From contig CAWGHV010000032.1 in the NCBI GenBank assembly GCA_963822375.1, positions 12,442 through 76,441 of the forward strand: DNA of 64,000 nt, in the 5' to 3' direction. Below the pieces are notes generated by a model. It made no database searches. It was not told the DNA's origin and worked only from the letters and a program-made list of their open reading frames with translations. A program made the position numbers and the translations under genes. Source of the stretch: an uncultured beta proteobacterium (GTDB lineage Bacteria; Pseudomonadota; Gammaproteobacteria; Burkholderiales; Rhodocyclaceae). Positions 34,776 through 44,208 of the stretch are shown piece after piece; position 1 is the stretch's first letter; each line of letters opens with the position of its first letter.

Positions 34776-35146
34776 TACGCGAAGAGCAGGGCAGCCGCGA
34801 CGCGGCGGCCCTCCGCCATCAGGATGTTGTAGGTGCGGCAGGCCGCTTGCAGATCCATTGGCTCGAAGCCGATGCGCGCTTCGATCAATGGGCGCACCAG
34901 CGCCGGCTGCGGAAAGTGCTGCCGCCGGCCGGTGCCGATCATGACCAATTCGGGGCCGAGGTCGCGCACCTGCTCGAAGTCCGCCGCGGTCAGCGCGCCG
35001 AAGCCAGCGGCGCCCCAGCCGGTGACGATCCGGTCAGGCAGTAGGATCAGGCCGCTTTCGTAGCGCACGTCGTTGACGACGATGAAGTCCTCGCCATAGG
35101 CGCTGATCGTGTTGTGACCGGTGCGGGCTTCGAGCTGAATTTTCAT
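34775..35146 (-). CDS. Mth938-like / DUF498 domain protein
   Basis: MKIQLEARTGHNTISAYGEDFIVVNDVRYESGLILLPDRIV..LVMIGTGRRQHFP..GFEPMDLQAACRTYNILMAEGRRVAAALL. It is the first gene of the arn transcription unit as read. Confidence 0.75.
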   Translation of the reverse strand: MKIQLEARTGHNTISAYGEDFIVVNDVRYESGLILLPDRIVTGWGAAGFGALTAADFEQVRDLGPELVMIGTGRRQHFPQPALVRPLIEARIGFEPMDLQAACRTYNILMAEGRRVAAALLFA

Positions 35147-35331
35147 GAGTTGTTGCGGTAGGCCACCGACGCGGACGGGCCGTGAGGAAACGACCCGGGA
35201 AGTCCGCAATGCAGGGGCTTTCCCACGTCGCTTTTTAGTAAGCCTAAGCTTCGGTTACATTATAACCTTTACGCATTGCCTCACCTGAAGTGCTGCACCG
35301 CGCGACGCTGCGACCGACACAAGGAAAACCG

Positions 35332-36600
35332 ATGGACAGACCCCTGCTGCGCAAAGAAGACCTCCACGACGGGCGGCCGATCCTCAAGTCGGCCAAGCTC
35401 GCCGACGTCTGCTACGACATCCGCGGCCCGGTGCTGGCGCGCGCCCGCCAGATGGAGGAGGAGGGCCACCGCATCATCAAGCTCAACATCGGCAATCCCG
35501 CGGCGTTCGGCTTCGAGGCGCCGGAGGAGATCCTGCAGGACGTGATCCACAACCTGCCCGCCGCCTCCGGCTACTGCGATTCCAAGGGCCTGTTCGCCGC
35601 GCGCAAGGCGGTCATGCACGTACACCCAGCAGAAGCGCGATCCGCGACGTCCAGATGGAGGACATCTACATCGGCAACGGTGTGTCCGAGCTGATCGTGA
35701 TGGCGATGCAGGCGCTGCTCAACAATGGCGACGAGGTGTTGATCCCGGCGCCTGACTACCCGCTGTGGACGGCGGCGGTGAGCCTTGCAGGCGGCGTGCC
35801 GCGCCACTATCGTCTGCGACGAGCAGGCCGGCTGGCTGCCCGACCTGGACGATATCCGCAGCAAGATCACTCCGCGCACGCGCGCCATCGTCATCATCAA
35901 CCCGAACAACCCGACCGGCGCGCTGTATCCGGTCGAGCTGCTGCAAGAAATCATCGCGATCGCGCGCCAGCACCAACTGATCGTCTGCGCCGACGAGATC
36001 TACGACAAGGTGCTCTATGACGGATGCACCACACCTCGATCGCCTCGCTCGCCGACGACGTGCTTCTTCATGACCTTCAACGGCTTGTCGAAGAACTATC
36101 GCGCCTGCGGCTATCGCGCCGGCTGGCTGGTCGTCTCAGGCGAGAAGCGCCATGCGCGCGACTACATCGAGGGCCTCGACATGCTCGCCTCGATGCGCTT
36201 GTGCGCCAACGTCCCGGCGCAGTACGGGATCCAGACCGCGCTCGGCGGCTACCAGAGCATCGACGACCTGGTCGGGCCGAGCGGGCGCCTGTGCCGCCAG
36301 CGCGACCTAGCGTACCGGCTGCTGGCCGATATTCCGGGCGTCACCTGCGTCAAGCCCAAGGCGGCGCTGTACCTGTTTCCGCGGCTGGACCCGAAGGTCT
36401 ATCCGATCATCGACGACCAGCAGTTCATCCTCAACCTGCTGCTCGAGGAGAAGGTGCTGCTGGTGCAGGGCACCGGTTTCAATTGGCCGAATCCCGATCA
36501 TTTCCGGGTCGTGTTTCTGCCCAATGCCGACGACCTGCAGGACGCCATCGGGCGCATCGCGCATTTCCTCGAACGCTATCGTAGTCGTCAGGGCAACTGA
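35332..36600 (+). pseudogene. alaA: alanine (glutamate-pyruvate) aminotransferase AlaA-type, at least two frameshifts as assembled
   Basis: KLADVCYDIRGPVLARARQMEEEGHRIIKLNIGNPAAFGFEAPEEILQDVIHNLPAASGYCDSKGLFAARKAVM is in ORF 35290... IYIGNGVSELIVMAMQALLNNGDEVLIPAPDYPLWTA is in ORF 35655... IINPNNPTGALY..FNGLSKNYRACGYRAGW is in ORF 35785... Confidence 0.85.
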
Positions 36601-37041
36601 TGCAGGTCATCGAGATCACCGACGCGTCGGGCGCGCTCGCCGAGCCGGCTTGGCTGAGCCGGGCCGAACTCGGTGCACCGGCAACTGCGCCCGCACCTTC
36701 CGCCGGACTATGCGGAAAAGATGGGGCGGGTGTTCGCCGGCGGTGCGCGCATGGCGTTGGCGGTCGATGGCGAGCGCGTGCTCGGCGTCGCCGTCTATCG
36801 CTGGCACGAGAACACCTTCGACGGGATCAAATGCTACATCGACGATCTGGTGACCGACGTCGTGCAGCGCTCGCGCGGCGTCGGCAGTGCGCTGCTCGCT
36901 CATGTCGAGCGCGCGGCGCGCGATGTTGGCAGTGATGTGCTGGTGCTCGATTCCGGCACCGAGCGGGCGCGTGCCCACAAATTCTACTTTCGCGAGGGAT
37001 TCGCAATCACCTCGTTCAACTTCCATAAGTCGTTCAAATGA
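36600..37041 (+). pseudogene. GNAT family N-acetyltransferase, one frameshift as assembled
   Basis: The N-terminus MQVIEITDASGALAEPAWLSRAE lies in ORF 36600... The rest lies in ORF 36673.. (LGVAVYRWHENTFDGIKCYIDDLVTDVVQRSRGVGSALLAHVERAARDVG..HKFYFREGF). The start overlaps the alaA stop and the stop overlaps the hom ATG. Confidence 0.75.
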
Positions 37042-38377
37042 AACCGATCAACGTGGCGCTGCTGGGCATCGGCACCGTCGGCGGCGGGACATTCTCCGTG
37101 CTGGCGCGCAACCAGGAAGAAATCACGCGGCGCGCCGGACGGCCGATCAGCATCACCGTCGTTGCCGACAAGGATTTGGCGCGCGCCGGCGAATTGACTG
37201 GGGGCGTGGTGCGCCTCACCGACGACGCCTTCGCCGTGGTCGCCGACCCCGATATCGACATCGTGGTCGAGCTGATCGGCGGTACCGGCGTCGCGAAGGA
37301 ACTGGTGCTCAAGGCCATCGACAACGGCAAGCACGTGGTCACCGCCAACAAGGCGTTGCTCGCGCATCCACGGCAACGAGATCTTCGCCGCCGCGCAGCG
37401 GCAAGGGCGTGATGGTGGCCTTCGAGGCCGCGGTGGCGGGCGGCATTCCGATCATCAAGGCGCTGCGCGAGGGCCTCACCGCCAATCGCATCGAGTGGAT
37501 CGCCGGCATCATCAACGGCACCACCAACTTCATCCTGTCCGAGATGCGCGACAAGGGCCAGTCCTTCGACGCCGTGCTGGCGGACGCGCAACGTCTCGGC
37601 TACGCCGAGGCCGATCCGACCTTCGACATCGAAGGCGTGGACGCCGCGCACAAGCTGACGATCATGTCGGCTATCGCCTTCGGCATTCCGATGCAGCTTC
37701 GACAAGTGCTACACGCGAGGGAATCTCCGGCTTGCAGCGCGATGGATATCAAGTACGCCGAGCAGCTCGGCTATCGCATCAAGCTGCTTGGCATCACCAA
37801 GCGCACGCCTGCAGGGATCGAGCTGCGCGTGCATCCGACGCTGATTCCGGCGCGGCGCCTGATCGCCAATGTCGAAGGCGCGATGAACGCGGTGCTGGTC
37901 AAGGGCGACGCGGTGGGCGCGACTCTGTACTACGGCAAGGGCGCCGGCGCGGAACCGACCGCCAGCGCGGTGATCGCCGACCTGGTCGATGTCACGCGCA
38001 TGCACACCGCCGATCCGGAGCACCGCGTTCCGCATCTCGCCTTTCAGCCGGACGCGGTGCATGACCTGCCGATCCTGCCGATGAGCGAGGTCGTGACCGC
38101 CTACTACCTGCGCCTGCGCGTGGAGGACAAGCCGGGCGTGCTGGCCGACATCACGCGCATCCTCGCCGACCGGGATATCTCGATCGACGCGATGATCCAG
38201 AAGGAGCCCGGCGAGGGCGAGCAGCAGGTCGACATCATCATGCTCACGCACTTGTGCCGCGAGAAGCAGGTCGATGCGGCGATCGCCAAGATCGAGGCGT
38301 TGGCGGTGGTGACGGGCAAGGTCACGCGAATCCGGCTCGAGGAACTCGGGTCGAGTTCGACATCGGACCATCGCGCC
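37038..38377 (+). pseudogene. hom: homoserine dehydrogenase, several single-base insertions as assembled and no stop codon before thrC
   Basis: MKPINVALLGIGTVGGGTFSVL..VVELIGGTGVAKELVLKAIDNGKHVVTANKALLA is in ORF 37038... VAFEAAVAGGIPIIKALREGL..GIINGTTNFILSEM..LGYAEADPTFDIEGVDAAHKL and the C-terminal ACT region lie in the frame of ORF 36887..39784. Confidence 0.9.
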
Positions 38378-39784
38378 ATGCGTTACATCAGCACCCGCGG
38401 CGGGATGCCGCCGAAGACCTTCTGCGAGATTCTGCTCGGCGGGCTCGCCGACGACGGCGGCCTGACCCTGCCCGAGACTTACCCGTTGGTGACGGGGGAC
38501 GATCTAGAGCGATGGCGCGCGCTGTCCTATCCTGATCTGGCTTACGAGATTCTCGCGTGCTTCGCCGACGATATTCCCGCGGCGGATCTCAAGCCGCTGA
38601 TCGACCGGACCTACACGCGCGCGGTCTTTCGCACCGAGGATATCGCGCCGCTGAAGACGCTGGAGCCGGGCCTGCATCTGCTCGGGCTTTCCAACGGCCC
38701 GACGCTCGCCTTCAAGGACATGGCGATGCAGTTGCTCGGCAACCTGTTCGAGTACGTGCTTGGGCGCCGCGGCGAGCAGCTCAACATTCTCGGCGCCACT
38801 TCCGGCGACACCGGCTCCTCGGCCGAGTACGCGATGCGCGGCAAGCGCGGCATCCGTGTCTTCATGCTCTCGCCACACGGCAAGATGAGCCGTTTTCAGA
38901 CGGCGCAGATGTACTCGCTGCAAGACCCGAATATATTCAACATCGCGATCCGCGGCGTGTTCGATGACTGCCAGGACATCGTCAAGGCGGTGAGCAACGA
39001 TCTGGCGTTCAAGGAGCGCTACCGGATCGGGACCGTGAACTCGATCAACTGGGCGCGAGTCGCCGCGCAGGTGGTGTACTACTTCAAGGGCTACCTCGCG
39101 GTGACGCGGGCCAACGACGAGCAGGTGTCGTTCGCGGTGCCGTCGGGCAATTTCGGCAACATCTGCGCCGGTCACATCGCGCGCATGATGGGGTTGCCGA
39201 TCCGCCGCCTGGTGCTGGCGACGAATGAGAACGACGTGCTCGACGAGTTTTTTCGCAGCGGACGCTATCGCCCGCGCACCACGGCGGAGACGCGCCAGAC
39301 TTCGAGTCCGTCGATGGATATCTCCAAGGCATCGAACTTCGAGCGCTTCGTCTTCGATCTGAGCGGCCGCGACGCAGCCAAGGTGCGTGCGCTGTGGCAG
39401 GAAGTCGATCGAGGTGTGGGATTCGATTTGAGCGCCACGCCGTTGTTCGAGCGGTTGCGGGATTTCGGTTTCGTTTCAGGCCGCAGTACGCATGCCGATC
39501 GCCTGGCGACGATCCAGCGGACCTACGAGCGATATGGGGTGATGCTCGATACGCACAGCGCCGACGGCGTCAAGGTCGGCGAGCAGTTCCGCGAGCCCGG
39601 TGTGCCGATGATTTGCCTGGAAACGGCGCTGCCAGCCAAGTTCGAGGACTCGATCATCGAGGCGCTGGGCCGCAAGCCGCCACGGCCCGAGGGTTACGCC
39701 GACATCGAGAGCCTGCCGCAGCGCTGCGAAGTCATGGACGCGGATGCCCGGGCGGTCAAGGACTTCATCGCCGGCCACGTGTAG
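38378..39784 (+). CDS. thrC: threonine synthase
   Basis: MRYISTRGGMPPKTFCEILLGGLADDGGLTLPE..GPTLAFKDMAMQLLG..SGDTGSSAEYA..VPSGNFGNICAGH. It is intact from the Met at 38378. Confidence 0.93.
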   Translation: MRYISTRGGMPPKTFCEILLGGLADDGGLTLPETYPLVTGDDLERWRALSYPDLAYEILACFADDIPAADLKPLIDRTYTRAVFRTEDIAPLKTLEPGLHLLGLSNGPTLAFKDMAMQLLGNLFEYVLGRRGEQLNILGATSGDTGSSAEYAMRGKRGIRVFMLSPHGKMSRFQTAQMYSLQDPNIFNIAIRGVFDDCQDIVKAVSNDLAFKERYRIGTVNSINWARVAAQVVYYFKGYLAVTRANDEQVSFAVPSGNFGNICAGHIARMMGLPIRRLVLATNENDVLDEFFRSGRYRPRTTAETRQTSSPSMDISKASNFERFVFDLSGRDAAKVRALWQEVDRGVGFDLSATPLFERLRDFGFVSGRSTHADRLATIQRTYERYGVMLDTHSADGVKVGEQFREPGVPMICLETALPAKFEDSIIEALGRKPPRPEGYADIESLPQRCEVMDADARAVKDFIAGHV

Positions 39785-39798
39785 CGGAGGCTAGCCGC

Positions 39799-40428
39799 AT
39801 GAGCTTCTCCGACGCGCAGCAGTTTTGGAATAAGCGCTTCGACCGGCCCGATTATCTGTTCGGCACCGCGCCCAACAAGTTTCTCGCCTCGCAGAAGCGC
39901 CTGCTGCGGCGTGGGCAGATCGCGCTGTCGATCGCCGACGGCGAGGGGCGCAATTCGGTCTGGCTGGCAGAGCAGGGGATCGACGTGGTGGCGGTCGAGT
40001 TGTCGAACATCGCGGTCGACAAGGCACGTCGCCTCGCGGCGCAGCGCGGGGTGGCGCCGCGCTTCGAGATCGCCAGCATCCTCGACTGGGAATGGGGCGA
40101 GGCCCGCTTCGACGTCATCGCAGCGATTTTCTTCCAGTTCGCCTCGCCCGCGCAGCGCAGCGTCATCTTTCGCCACATCGTCGCCGCGCTCAAGCTCGGC
40201 GGCCTGCTCATCCTGCAAGGCTATACGCCGCGGCAGGTGGACTACAAGACGGGCGGGCCGCCCAGTCGTGAGAACATGTACACCGAGACCCTGCTGCGCG
40301 AAGCCTTCGCGGAGCTGGACATCATGCACCTTCACGAGCACGACGACATCCTGGCTGAAGGCGCCGGGCACGACGGGCGTTCGGCGGTGATCGACATGGT
40401 CGCGATTCGACCCCAGATGCACGGATGA
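39799..40428 (+). CDS. class I SAM-dependent methyltransferase
   Basis: MSFSDAQQFWNKRFDRPDYLFGTAPNKFL..ALSIADGEGRNSVWLAEQGIDVVAVELS..GGLLILQGY. Confidence 0.75.
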   Translation: MSFSDAQQFWNKRFDRPDYLFGTAPNKFLASQKRLLRRGQIALSIADGEGRNSVWLAEQGIDVVAVELSNIAVDKARRLAAQRGVAPRFEIASILDWEWGEARFDVIAAIFFQFASPAQRSVIFRHIVAALKLGGLLILQGYTPRQVDYKTGGPPSRENMYTETLLREAFAELDIMHLHEHDDILAEGAGHDGRSAVIDMVAIRPQMHG

Positions 40429-40440
40429 CCGGGCGCGCCG

Positions 40441-40578
40441 CTATAGGTAAATGACCGCGGGAAACACCGTGACCGCGAGCACCAACACCAGCCACTCGAG
40501 ATTGTGGCGGGCAAGGAAGCCCGTGAAGTGCAGGATGAGTATGCTGATGGCGACGATGTAGTAAATGATGAACAACAT
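40441..40578 (-). CDS. hypothetical small membrane protein (45 aa)
   Basis: MLFIIYYIVAISILILHFTGFLARHNLEWLVLVLAVTVFPAVIYL has two hydrophobic segments. No family assignment was possible. Confidence 0.3.
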   Translation of the reverse strand: MLFIIYYIVAISILILHFTGFLARHNLEWLVLVLAVTVFPAVIYL

Positions 40579-40621
40579 CCCGAATGGTCTCCGGTTTTCT
40601 GTTATCGATCTGATCCGACCG

Positions 40622-41470
40622 CTAATCCTCGACGTGCCGCAACGACAGATCCACCGCCCGGACATCCTTGGTCAGCCCGCCGATGGAGATTCGATCGACG
40701 CCGGTCTCGGCGATGGCGCGCACGTGCTCCAGGCTGACGCCGCCCGAGGCCTCGATTTCCGCGCGGCCAGCGCTGATGGCCACCGCCTCGCGCATTTCCT
40801 CAAGCGTCATGTTGTCGAGCAGCACCATGGTGGCACCGGCCTGGAGAGCATCGTGCAATTGCTCCAGTGTTTCCACCTCGATCTGGATGAAGACATTGTC
40901 CGGCGCGATTCGCCGCGCCTCCTGCAGCGCCGGCGCCACCCCGCCCGCGGCATGGATGTGGTTCTCCTTGATCAGGATGCCGTCGTAGAGCCCGATGCGG
41001 TGGTTCGTACCGCCGCCGGCGCGTACGGCATATTTCTGGGCGAGACGCAGTCCCGGCAGCGTCTTGCGCGTATCGACGATCCGTGCGCGCGTGCCGACGA
41101 TCGCGTCAACGAACCGCCGTGTCGTGGTCGCGGTACCCGACAGCAGTTGTAGGAAATTCAGCGCTGGCCGCTCGGCGGTGAGCAGCGCCCGCGTGTCGGC
41201 ACGGATTTCGCACAGCGTTTCGTTGGACGCGATCAGCTCACCGTCGTGCGCCTGCCAATGAATAGCGGCGTTGGGATCGATGGTGCGAAAACAGCAATCG
41301 AACCACGACTGGCCGCAGAGGACGGCATCCTGGCGGGAAATGACGATACCCCGCGCGGCTCTCGCGGCGGGCGACAGCAGCGCAGTCAGATCCCCCGTGC
41401 CCACATCCTCGGCGAGGGCGGTGGCAACGTTGCGCTGGATCTCGATGAGCAGTCGGGCCGGGTAGTCCAT
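40622..41470 (-). CDS. nadC: nicotinate-nucleotide diphosphorylase (quinolinate phosphoribosyltransferase)
   Basis: ALAEDVGTGDLT..LTAERPALNFLQLLSGTAT..IVDTRKTLPGLRLAQKYAVRAGGGTNHRIGLYDGILIKENH..ASGGV..ISIGGLTKD. Confidence 0.93.
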   Translation of the reverse strand: MDYPARLLIEIQRNVATALAEDVGTGDLTALLSPAARAARGIVISRQDAVLCGQSWFDCCFRTIDPNAAIHWQAHDGELIASNETLCEIRADTRALLTAERPALNFLQLLSGTATTTRRFVDAIVGTRARIVDTRKTLPGLRLAQKYAVRAGGGTNHRIGLYDGILIKENHIHAAGGVAPALQEARRIAPDNVFIQIEVETLEQLHDALQAGATMVLLDNMTLEEMREAVAISAGRAEIEASGGVSLEHVRAIAETGVDRISIGGLTKDVRAVDLSLRHVED

Positions 41471-41693
41471 GCGGTATTCAGTCGAAAGTGGCGGCAGATT
41501 CTAGCATCCGTTGTCGAGCGCCACGACGGGTACCTGAATGCGCCGTGCCGCCCGGAGGCACTGCGGCCATATTCGACACGGCGACGGGATTCTGTAATGC
41601 TGACCGGATGTGCCTGCGCCTTTGCTACAATCGGCGTACTCGCGATTCGCGTCCCAGATTGTGTTCCAAATCTCGCCAAAAGAGGAAAAATCC

Positions 41694-42629
41694 ATGATCC
41701 TATTGAAGCCGCTCAAGGTTGCCGGCACCTTTGCCCTCGCCGCGATGGTCTCGGCGTGCAACGCCGACGATAGCAAGGGCAATACGTCGCAATTGGCGGC
41801 GAAAGTGAACAAGGGCGCGGTGAACGTGAGCCAAATCAGCGAGATTACTTCGCGCGTCGCCAACCTCACCCCGGAGCAAACCCAGCAGATGAACAAACAG
41901 GTTCTGGAGCGCCTGATCAATCAGGAGCTGCTGGTTCAGCAAGCGCTTGGCAAGAAACTGGATGCCGATCCAAAGGTGCTCAAGGCCGTGGAGTCGGCGC
42001 GGCGCGAAATCCTCGCCCGCGCATATGTCGATCAGGTGGCCGCTGCAGCGGTCAAACCCACGGCCGCGGAGATCAGCGAGTTCTTCGGCAAACACCCGGA
42101 GCTATTCGCCGAGCGGCGCATCTACCGCGTCAACGAGCTGCGGCTGCCCACCAATGCGCAAGTCGCGGCGGATCTGCGCGCCTACCTCAAGGAGCCGCGC
42201 ACCATGAATGATGTCGCCGCCCGGTTGCGCGAAAAGAACATCCGCTTCGGCGCGGGTTCCGACACGCGTGCGGCGGAGCAGGTGCCGCTGGGCCTGTTGC
42301 CGCAACTGCACAAGCTCAAAGACGGCGATATGACGGTCATGGAATCGCAGAATGCCGTCCTCGTGGTTCAGCTCGTCGCGTCGCAGACCCAGCCCATCGA
42401 CGAGAAGACGGCGATCCCGTTTATCGAACAGCACCTAACCAACCGCAAGCGTAGCGAACTCGCCGAGGCGGAGCTGAAGCGGCTGCGCGGGACGGCGAAG
42501 ATCGAATATCTCGGGGACTATGCCGGCGGCACGGGCGCGGCGGCCTCAGCCAACCCGGTAGAGGGCCAGCCTTTCGGTGCCACCGACCCGATTTCTCCCG
42601 CCACGCCGGCGATACCGCAGGCCAGATAG
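41694..42629 (+). CDS. EpsD-family (PEP-CTERM-system-associated) peptidyl-prolyl isomerase-like lipoprotein
   Basis: The lipobox is LAAMVSAC. SurA/PpiD-like chaperone segments follow (VLERLINQELLVQQAL, REILARAYVDQV, EISEFFGKHPELF). The family name is from memory of TIGR02925-like proteins. Confidence 0.6.
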   Translation: MILLKPLKVAGTFALAAMVSACNADDSKGNTSQLAAKVNKGAVNVSQISEITSRVANLTPEQTQQMNKQVLERLINQELLVQQALGKKLDADPKVLKAVESARREILARAYVDQVAAAAVKPTAAEISEFFGKHPELFAERRIYRVNELRLPTNAQVAADLRAYLKEPRTMNDVAARLREKNIRFGAGSDTRAAEQVPLGLLPQLHKLKDGDMTVMESQNAVLVVQLVASQTQPIDEKTAIPFIEQHLTNRKRSELAEAELKRLRGTAKIEYLGDYAGGTGAAASANPVEGQPFGATDPISPATPAIPQAR

Positions 42630-42676
42630 CGCGGCGGGGACCATTCGACTCTGCTTGGCGGGCCGCGAGCCAACCG

Positions 42677-44132
42677 ATGTCCATCCTGCAGCCGGTGATA
42701 CTCTCGGGCGGCTCGGGCACCCGGCTGTGGCCCTTGTCGCGCGAGCAATATCCGAAGCAGCTTCTCGCGCTAAGCGGCGCGGCGACGATGCTCCAAGCGA
42801 CCGTCCTGCGCCTGGATACGGGTCTGGCGGAAGCCGAATTGCCGGCAAATCCCGCCATCATCGTCTCCAACGAGGAATACCGCTTCATCGTCGCCGAGCA
42901 GATGCGCGAGATCGCCCGGCCGCCGCAACGCATCATTCTCGAACCCATGGGCCGCAACACGGCACCGGCGCTTACGCTCGCGGCCTTGGCAGCGAACGGG
43001 GCGCAGAGCGATCCGGTGCTCCTGGTGATGCCGGCCGACCATGTGATACGCGACGATTCGGCATTCCGCGCGGCAGTGCGACTGGGCAGCGATCTGGCGG
43101 CGCGGGGTTTGTTGGTCACCTTCGGCATTACGCCGACCGGGCCGGAGACCGGCTATGGCTATATTCGCTGCGGAGCCGCGTTGGAGGCTGCCGGCACAGC
43201 GCTCGCTCTCGAGGGCTTCGTCGAGAAGCCGGACCGGCAGACCGCGCAGCGCTATCTCGACGCCGGCCGATACCTTTGGAACAGCGGCATCTTCATGATG
43301 ACCGCATCGGTCTGGCTGGCCGAGATCGGGCGCTTCCGCGGCGATATCCTCGAAGCCTGCCGCGGCGCCCTGGCGGCGGCGCAGCCGGACCAGACTTTCC
43401 TGCACGTTCGACCGGGAAACGTTCGCGGCCTGCCCCGCCGACTCGATCGACTACGCCGTGATGGAACGCGTGGCGGAAACGGGCGCCGGGTCTCAAGCGG
43501 CGGTGATTCCGCTCACCGCCGGGTGGTCGGATGTCGGCGCCTGGGACGCGCTATGGGCGCTCGGAGTGAAGGACGAAGCCGGCAATGTCCGCCGCGGCGA
43601 CATTCTGATGCACGAATCCGAGGACACGCTCGCGATCTCGCAGAGCCGGCTCGTTGCTTGTGTCGGCCTCAAGGACGTGGTCGTGGTCGAAACGCCGGAT
43701 GCCGTTATGGTCGCGGCGAAGGATAGGACTCAGGATGTCAAGCATATCGTCAGCGAACTCAAAGAGGCCGGCCGCAGCGAGGTCGCCGCGCACCGCAAGA
43801 TCTATCGCCCCTGGGGCCACTACGACAGCATCGACAGCGGCGAGCGTTTTCAGGTCAAACGCATCGTCGTTCTTCCCGGGGCTTCGCTATCCCTGCAAAT
43901 GCACCACCACCGCGCGGAGCACTGGATCGTCGTCCGCGGAACCGCCCGCGTCACACGCGGCAGCGACGTTTACCTGGTAAGCGAGAACGAATCCACTTAC
44001 ATTCCGCTTGGAACCCAGCATCGCCTGGAGAACCCGGGCAAAGTGCCGCTGGAGATCATCGAAGTCCAGTCCGGGGCCTACCTGGGCGAAGACGACATCG
44101 TGCGCTACTCCGACACCTACGGCCGCGGTTGA
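42677..44132 (+). pseudogene. manC: mannose-1-phosphate guanylyltransferase / mannose-6-phosphate isomerase, one frameshift near 43405 as assembled
   Basis: MSILQPVILSGGSGTRLWPLSREQYPKQLL..LLVMPADHVI is in ORF 42677... DSIDYAVMERV..GWSDVGAWDALW..YRPWGHYDSI..VKRIVVLPGASLSLQMHHHRAEHWIVV..ENPGKVPLEIIEVQSG is in ORF 43458... Confidence 0.9.
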
Positions 44133-44208
44133 GGACGCTTGGCCAGAGGCCGAGCCGAGATTCCGGGGCCGGCAACGAAAGCAGGGCGGCGCCGGCTGGC
44201 GATGTGGT

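Noticed and set aside
36887-39784. A 965-aa ORF that could be read as one giant protein.
   Set aside because: It is a composite. The first 150 nt are out of frame inside the GNAT gene. The hom body follows, after frameshifts from the true hom start at 37038, and then thrC. Only the missing hom stop is noteworthy, and that is reported separately.
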